Assembly: GCA_032718475.1 (NCBI GenBank)
Contig: JAUCBJ010000171.1
Span: 1 to 43,839, forward strand
DNA from: Nemertoderma westbladi
Lineage: Eukaryota > Animalia > Xenacoelomorpha
Length of the DNA: 43,839 bases
Direction: 5' to 3'
Shown here: positions 36,465-43,839 of the stretch, one piece after another
Position numbering within the stretch: the stretch's first letter is position 1
Layout: each line of letters opens with the position of its first letter
Notes under the pieces: generated by a model
The model's input: the letters and a program-made list of their open reading frames with translations, nothing else
Databases searched by the model: none
Told to the model about the DNA's origin: nothing
Position numbers and translations under genes: made by a program

Positions 36465-37458
36465 TGATGACTTAGGAGTACTCTCAGAATTACTACATGG
36501 AGCCCAACAGCTCCTCAGCTGATTATAACAGGTTGCTTCTAGTGTGAAGATGCGGATAGTATCACGAAAGTCATGGGGGATAGGGAGTTGTGGCGGTACA
36601 ACTTTGTTGACACGCCTTCATAGGATTCTTAATGCACGCTGCATTGGGCTTGCCCATTGTAAATTGCATGGTGGTGACATAATGGTTTTGTTAAGCCGGC
36701 ATAGCATCTCCATGTTCAGTATCAATGCAGCAGGCCGATTATAGTAGTAGTAGTAATATTATGCCCCAAGAAGGACCAACACATGGCAGCGATTGCTTCC
36801 TTCATCTGAGAGGACGGAACCATTTTAGCAGTCATCTGCATGTTCTAAACCAGAACACAGTATTCAAGACCATAACACAGAAGATGATGTAAATAACACA
36901 ATATACTATTCCGAAACGGCTATGGCTCCAATATTTAGTATACAGGTGACGTAATTGCTCATTGGTCTGTTCAGACCGCACACATGATCTACATGATTTC
37001 CCCAGTGGGAAAACTCAAAAGCAGGATTGAAGATTCAAAGTGATTCAAAGTCAAGATCGATAAATAATGGAGTACCCTCAATGGAAATGCTTCGCACAAA
37101 CTACAGCTATATTTCAAATTACCTTGAATCAAATACAAAGGAACCTATTGAGCAGATGACCCAGAATTCAATGGAATAGCAGATATTTTATGGAACACAT
37201 CCAATACTATATTAAACTAAAGAGCACAGAAAAGGCCTGACAAAATGATGCTTGCTAAAGGAAATCAAAAAGTCTTCATGAACGATAAAAAGAATGTACA
37301 GCCATGCAAAATCTTATCAGGGAACCAGGCTTTACTTTGGCAACAACAAACAAATTATAATCTACTATCAATGCACTGACCCAATACCCAATATGGTCAC
37401 AAAATTGATTGGCCAACATATAAAACGAAGTCAGAAATGGAAGCTAATAAATACCAAA

Positions 37459-40050
37459 CTAATTACAATAACCTGGATCAACGCAGTACCGAATACAGTA
37501 TGGACTCCCGTAGAGGAGTACTCGAACTACTGCTGCTCTAAATAATCGGACCTTAAGTTTCCGATTAAATCTCGGTGACTTCCAAATCCTGGAAAGCCTA
37601 TTCAAGGCTGCCCATGCCTTTCCCTTACGTATTCGAAGGTCCTCACCTGACTTCCGGATCCATGATCCCAGGTAACAGAAGTCGTCCACATGCTCAAGCA
37701 TACCATCCTTTGAGCTTATGCTCATCCGATCAGAGACTTGCTGAGGACTTTCAAAGTTAACTGTCAAAATTTTGGTCTTTCTGGAGTTAATAAAAAGACC
37801 AACACTAGAAGCAGCATGTTCTAATGAGCTGAGGAGCCGTTGGGCTCCCTCTAATGATTCTGAGAGTACTCCTAAGTCTAGATCAGTTAGGTACTTGGCA
37901 GGATTTCCTCGACTTCTGGAGCCAGTAGGTGGAGTTATCATCACCCCATCATCATTATGATGATCTAAGGACATGCGTAGAACATAGTCAACCACAATTA
38001 TGAACAAGAATGGTGCAAGTGTGTCTTCCTGAAGGACGCCCCATAACACTTCAAACTATATGTCATCATTATGAGGCTGAGTACACCATCAGCTCATTGA
38101 TCTCATATAAATAAGATAGCACACATATTTTGTGATCCCACTAGCCAAGTGACAAGACAGCCAGGATGATCCTGATGATGATGTGTTGTGATGAATGCAG
38201 GGATGCATTTGACCTAAATCATGAGCTGATCAATGCACTTCTAGAATGTTACTTTATACTGTACCTGGAGTGGAAATGTGTGTCTCCTTGGAGGACGCCC
38301 CATAACACTTCAAATGGTTCTGTGTCACCGTCAACAGTAGACACAAATGTTGTCGAACCATCGTATACTGATCTGATTGCTGCAATAATTTCATCAGGAA
38401 TCCCATATAATGAAAGTATGCTGAACATACGTGAGCGAGAGACTGAATCAAAGGCCTTAAAGAAGTCAACAAAGATAACAACCAGATGTCTGTCTTTCTT
38501 TTTTGATAATTCTTCAATTATCCTTCTAAGTGCCAAAATGGGCTCCATGGTCCCACGACCTTTACGGAACCCATTCTGATTTCCACGGAGCAGTCTCTCA
38601 GTGGGATCCCTGATGCGATTTAATAGAATCCTATTGTATAGCTTTGCATCAATCGAGATCAATGAGATTCCCCAAAAAGAACCAAGAGTGTTAGGTTGCC
38701 CTTCTTGGGAACTGGCACGAACTTATTTGTTTTCATTTCTTGTGGGACTCTTGTTGTTCGGTACATGTCTACTATGATGGGATAGATGAGCTTTAAACAC
38801 TCAGGTATTTTAAAGACCTCATGGGGAACACCATCTACTCCACTGGCACGATTGGTCTTAATGCTCTTTGCAGCAGCCTTCACTTCTGCAAAGGAGATAT
38901 CGCCAATGGGAATATCTGGGAGTACAGACTCAGACACTTTTACTTCTATAAAGTTATCAGGCAATACCCTGTCATTATTGGGGAGCTTTTCAAAGAGGGC
39001 TTTCCAACCATTGAGGCGATCGGCTGGTGATTCAGCCTTAACCTTGGTGGTTGGCTGGCTTTTCCGCCCAGTAAGCAAATTGATTGATTTCCATGCTTGG
39101 GATGATTGCCTGCTGTCGTCAGCATCATTGATGGCATCAACCTGTTGGTTTATTAGCTCCTGTAGATTAACAGAGTACTGCCTGTTCAGGGACCTAGATG
39201 CAGCCTTAACTGCATTCTTGGCTGCTGTAGTCTGTTTGAGTCGGGACTCTTTCTGCACCTTATGAAGGTCATTTCGGCACTTCTGAATTTTGTTGTCAGT
39301 CCAGGGGGCCCTTTTCCTGTTTCGAGGTTATACAGGAACTGTTTCTGCAGCTGCTAACTTACTGCTTATGTAAAGGCAGTATAGCCCTCACAGTGATCTG
39401 CCGCCTCAGAGGCAAGAGCCTCATACCTGTTGCTCAGCTGTAGTGTGAAGCTGGATCTCACACTTGGCTGTTGCAACAGAGAGGACCAGTCATGCTGCGG
39501 CAAGGCAAATTTCGTTGTTCTGCTAGCACGCAGACTAAGTCTTACCTTGGCCACAATAAGGCGGTGATCACTGGAGAAGGGTCGAAGGGTAAATGCATTA
39601 CAGTCTTGTATAGAGCTCCTGTATTTCCTACGAAACAGAATATAGTCTATCTGGGACTTGTGACTACTGGGTCCACTATGAGTCCATAGCTTTCCAGTTC
39701 GCTTCTTGAACTGGGTTCCAGCCGAAAACAATCCATTTCCAGAGATAAAATCCTGAAGATGTACAGAATTTCGGTTAACACTATTGCTATAGACCTAGGT
39801 GATTGAGATGTAGGTGATTGATCAGACTTGCATTAAAGTCTCCCAGGAATGTTAAGAATGCATGCTAATCCACTCCATCAGTAGCTGCTTGTAGATTGTG
39901 GTAGAAATTTTCCACCTCCTCTACAGGGGCAGCACTAGTTGGAGAGTAGCACACAATCAGAACCACCTTAGGAAACTTCTTAGCCAGTCTTCCAGAACAT
40001 GAAAAGTGGCAACGGATGATGCGGTTAGAGATTCGGGACACTGTTAATAG
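37459..40050 (-). mobile_element. Decayed RTE-like LINE (endonuclease + RT fragments)
   Basis: SQIDYIL...SSDHRLI (39366-39731), ASGVDGVP...VPKKGNL (38659-39258), NQNGFRKGR...FVDFFKAFDSV...GVLQGDT (38249-38662), LAPFLFIIVVDY...DFCYLGSWI (37459-38049). Confidence 0.9.
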
Positions 40051-40369
40051 AATGTTAGTATAAAATAAATATCGGGCGACTTTAATTAACTCCCAGGAAT
40101 GAAATTATGTATAGAAACAGGGTGAAAGGTTCTGTGGTTGCTGTGAAGGTACAGGTGTAAAAGGTGTCTCTGACGATATTGCACCAGTCACACCACAGTT
40201 AATCTGCAACCTTATAGAGATTTGTTGGTAATGTTAGAAAGCTGGCCGTATGCCAGAATTCCAAATATCTAGGCCTAACACAATGTGAATTTCGTCGTAA
40301 AATAGCTGATTCAAAAGCTGGCGCGTTCAAAAGTTGCATGGTTTTGCATCTGTGCGAAGCTATTTGATT

Positions 40370-40514
40370 CTATTTAATAAATTCACCATTATTCTGGAAC
40401 ATTTTGATTATCCCAAAACGTAGCTGGGCAACAACGCAATACCTCTTTAATCATACTCTATTACGTAGCTTTTCATACGTAAAAAAATGTTCCAGAATAT
40501 GGTGTATTAAATAG
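40370..40514. mobile_element. Very small MITE-like palindromic element
   Basis: CACCATTATTCTGGAACATTTT (40384-40405) vs AAAATGTTCCAGAATATGGTG (40484-40504), with CTATTTAATA/TATTAAATAG outside. Confidence 0.55.
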
Positions 40515-42820
40515 CCTTTCGCAGGTGCAAAACCATGCACGAACAGTTACAGTATATATCAGCTATCGACGGAGACACTTTTTTTAATCGCTTGTTGCTA
40601 AAAATTGAGAGCAAACATAAAAATTCTGTCTCACCCGCGAAGGAGGAGTTGCGTGAAATTCTACCTACTGTATTTCTAATTTCATGCAAATTCATTAAGA
40701 TTGGTAGACAATTTGGGGGGGGGGGGGGGGGGCATGTACCAGAATAATTTCAGGACATGATGTATACCCGTACCTACAGTATGTTAAAGCCTCGCTCACG
40801 TGGACTTACGGGCTGGCCCGTAACTGCTTTAACGTTCATTACTGCATGTAAAATTGGGGCCTTTCCGAGAACATTACAAATTGGTGTGACTTTTTGGGGA
40901 CCCCCAACTATGTCATGGAACTCATAAATATAGCATTTTTATTCTTTGTTGAGAACTGCCATACCACATATTTGTAGTTCAGATTGGAATTTTATTCGAT
41001 TCAGCTAAATTGAAAACCACTACAGAAATGTTTATTATATTTTAATATAATTTATATAAAATTTAACATCCTATTTTGTGGATAAAAACCCATAAGCAAA
41101 TATTTAAATTTAAAATTTTGTGGGTCACATCGTATTTTAGGTGAACCCTAAATGTAGCCCAATATTTATTTTGAATTTCGATAAATTTTTGGTATTGCGT
41201 TGCATATAGTTTAGAGCAATTACTAAGTTTGAGATGCCCTCTGCTAATTAATTGAGAAAGGTTAAATAAATTAGGACCTACTCTAAGCTGAAATTCTGTA
41301 AACGGTATAACCACCTCGTGTGCGGAATTTGTTAAGCCTTCCTTATTAGTTTTTACCACCAACATTAGGCTATTCTACTGGAGTCGGCCATCTTCCGTCT
41401 TGAATTTAATCTCAATAATAATATTTCTTCAGTTGCAACAAACAACTAGTGTTTGGCAGCTGGAGCTTTGTAAATGATAGGTAAAAATGATAGGGAGGTG
41501 GTGAAACTCGACGCAAATTCTTTCTCGGTGAAAAATTTCTCGTCTCAATGGTAAATTATCAATTAAGGGAAAATGGTAGGTTAAAGTGACACGTTGATAT
41601 TTTTTTAACCAACACAATAAACGAAAGTCAATAGAACAGATTACAGATATATTTCTAGGATTAATCAGCTGTTATGTGCGTCGATTTTCCACTGGAAAGG
41701 GATGAATTTTGAATCCCCCCCCTAACATTTCCATTACCCCATGACCTAAAATAACCTTAATTGTACATAATAGAATTCTACATACCGGTACTTATCGGGG
41801 AATGTTGTCAACCTTTGGCCAGCTCAGCAGTGAGACTACAAATACAGTAATCTGACTGGAGAACGTACCATATGCAATAATTCTGTTTACATGAAACGAA
41901 TTACTTTTATTTACACTTTTAACTTGTCATACGATGTAAATCTTATTAGAATACGAGTTCGAAGGAGATGAATCACGCTGCTTATAACTCGTCCCTTTCA
42001 TTTTCAAACAACCTAAATGACAAAAATGACTTTTCCTGTAAAACGGCATTTTTGATTCTAATTTTGTTTGAAAGTAATATTTCCGGATTGTGGTCTTATT
42101 TACTTTTAAATCCATTAAATGTAACGATTTTAAACAAAAACAGTTACGGAATGTTGGAATTATGTAACATATTAGGTAGGAAACAATGTATAGGGATATA
42201 GGTTGTTTCAAAAAAAAATATTACATTATTTACAATGATTACTCAAAAAGCATTAAAACCCTTAAGACAAATTCGATTATTAAGTTTTAAAAATATAAAA
42301 CAAATCTCCCCCTATCATAATGAACAACAATTCTACCTCCTGACTCGTTGTTTCCTATTTTATATCAACGTTTCCTGGCCTTACCTTATTTATAATAGTA
42401 AAAATGTATTATATAGGTTGTTTTAAAAAAATAATTCTTTATCATGCGGTCTATGCAAAACTGGCATATAGGGTAGGTGGTTTTGAAACGTTAAATATCT
42501 CCGTTATACGTGGGAGTATGGCCTTCTAAGTGAGTTAATCGGATTCAGAATACATTTTAACATAATGAAATGCAGCAATCACCATTTTGGCAAAAATGGC
42601 ATATAGGTGGTTTCAAAATGAAAGGGACGAACTATAGTCATAATACAATAATGAGTGGAACTACACATGGAAGGTTAAATTTAATTAACATTTATAATAA
42701 ATTTGTACTGAATTTTAAGTAAAACTAAACCTCTACTTATCATTCATTACTTGTGTTTGTATTTTGTTTACCTTACTCAATATTATAATATGCATTTGAA
42801 TTATTCCTTATTTTTTTTTA

Positions 42821-42904
42821 TATTACATTAAACTTATTACATTAAACTTATTACATTAAACTTATTACATTAAACTTATTACATTAAACTTATTACATTA
42901 AACT
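42821..42904. repeat. 14-bp minisatellite (TATTACATTAAACT) x6
   Basis: Direct inspection. Confidence 0.95.
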
Positions 42905-43179
42905 GTATATATTATTAGACATTTTATTATCATTTGAAGAGACAGGGGGGGGGGGGGGGGGGAACTCGACGAAAATCCCAATGGACCCGTTTTTTGGCGA
43001 CTAATGGTCGCACCCAGTCGGCAGGTCGCGGCCTATTACAAGCCTTCTTGTCTAATTAACTATATAACTCATCACGTTTTAGGCAATATGATTGGTGTAA
43101 TGCGTATTGCACGGTTAAATAATAATTTCTTAATAAAGTACTAAATGTACTTTATATACTGTTCAGTAATACAATTTAT

Positions 43180-43680
43180 ATGATGATATGAACTGCCGAC
43201 CACTTGCGACTTACCCTCAGTTCACTGGGTCGAATAGTTGCCTTTATACACGGCCCAAGAGGTGGTCGGAAGAGTCGAATTGGTCTGCAAAGTCGGCTCC
43301 ATCTATAGTCTACATATAGAGTTTTGCGACTTTTAGCGACCCTCCATATAGTCTATTGTAGGCCTATGATGATATATGTAAGCCGACCACTTGCGACTTA
43401 CTCTCAGTTCACTGAGTCGAATAGTCGCCTTTATACATGACCCAAGAGTGGTTGGAACTTGGCCCAACCTAAGTACTTCCTATGTAAACTAGCCGACTTC
43501 TAGCGATCCTCCATAAGTCACATGTGCGTGGTCGGCTGGTCGGCTGGTCGGCTGGTCGGCTGGTCGGCTGGTCGGCTGGTCGGCTGGTCGGCTGGTCGGC
43601 TGGTCGGCTGGTCGGCTGGTCGGCTGGTCGGCTGGTCGGCTGGTCGGCTGGTCGGCTGGTCGGCTTTCATATATAATAGT
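43180..43680. mobile_element. Fold-back/MITE-like element with ~187-bp internal duplication
   Basis: GCCGACCACTTGCGACTTAC...GTCGAATAG...CCCAAGAG near 43195 and 43382; right end GGTCGGCTTTCATATAT is the inverse of the left ATATG..GCCGACC. Confidence 0.5.
43529..43664. repeat. 8-bp tandem repeat (TGGTCGGC) x17
   Basis: Direct inspection. Confidence 0.97.
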
Positions 43681-43839
43681 TAACACATACACAATAATTC
43701 AAATAGACATTAAATATATAATTAATAGTAAATAGTAATAACTGGCCAACTATTATATTTAGTACGTAGTATACCAATTAACCAATCAAATGCTGTACAT
43801 GATAATGAGGGACAGTAATTAGGGTAGACGCATTGTTAT

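Larger units (their letters stand above)
32960..36520 (+). mobile_element. Decayed RTE-like LINE fragment, split by two insertions (33050-33262 and 33770-36464)
   Basis: SINFLTG, KVKAESPTDRLSNWKAHFEKLL...SGVDCVPPEVFK and VDYVLHLSLDHHNDDG...ITDLEFVD, resuming [18 protein letters not shown] at 36466; same family as the minus-strand copy at 37459-40050. Confidence 0.8.

Noticed and set aside
40714-40732. Poly-G tracts (also ~42945-42962)
   Set aside because: Simple homopolymers with no supporting context; lengths are error-prone.
43489-43692. ORF with (SRPADQPT)n
   Set aside because: Translation of the 8-bp tandem repeat.

Overview
Repeat-rich animal (probably invertebrate) genomic DNA with no recognisable host gene. 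It holds two long, divergent BEL/Pao (Belpaoviridae-type) LTR retrotransposons on the + strand. Element A spans ~2036-13975, with its 5' part missing. Element B spans 17548-31670 and is complete: 559-bp LTRs differing at 4 sites, 5-bp TSD GTTAG. Main finding: after gag-pol, where an env gene would normally sit, both elements carry a homologous large extra ORF. It combines a DnaQ/DEDDy-type 3'-5' exonuclease (WRN/EXD/mut-7/Egalitarian-like, Exo III YxxxE in both), three CCHC zinc knuckles, a conserved F(D/E)(D/E)WxD...GF motif and a basic tail. In both elements this module lies between an internal hairpin+PPT-like motif and the terminal hairpin+PPT. Each element also has its own repeated palindromic cis-motif: six dispersed GGAAGACTCGCGAGCCT copies in A, an array of 11 GGTACGTAGTACC copies in B. 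B has no TGG tRNA-type PBS; the bases after its 5' LTR are complementary to the LTR's own transcribed part (possible self-priming). A's putative LTR contains a tRNA-like Pol III unit. The last 12 kb is nested decayed LINEs (RTE-like, CR1/L2-group), a fold-back SINE-like insert, MITE-like inverted repeats and minisatellites. All family calls are from motif recognition by eye; no database search was run.
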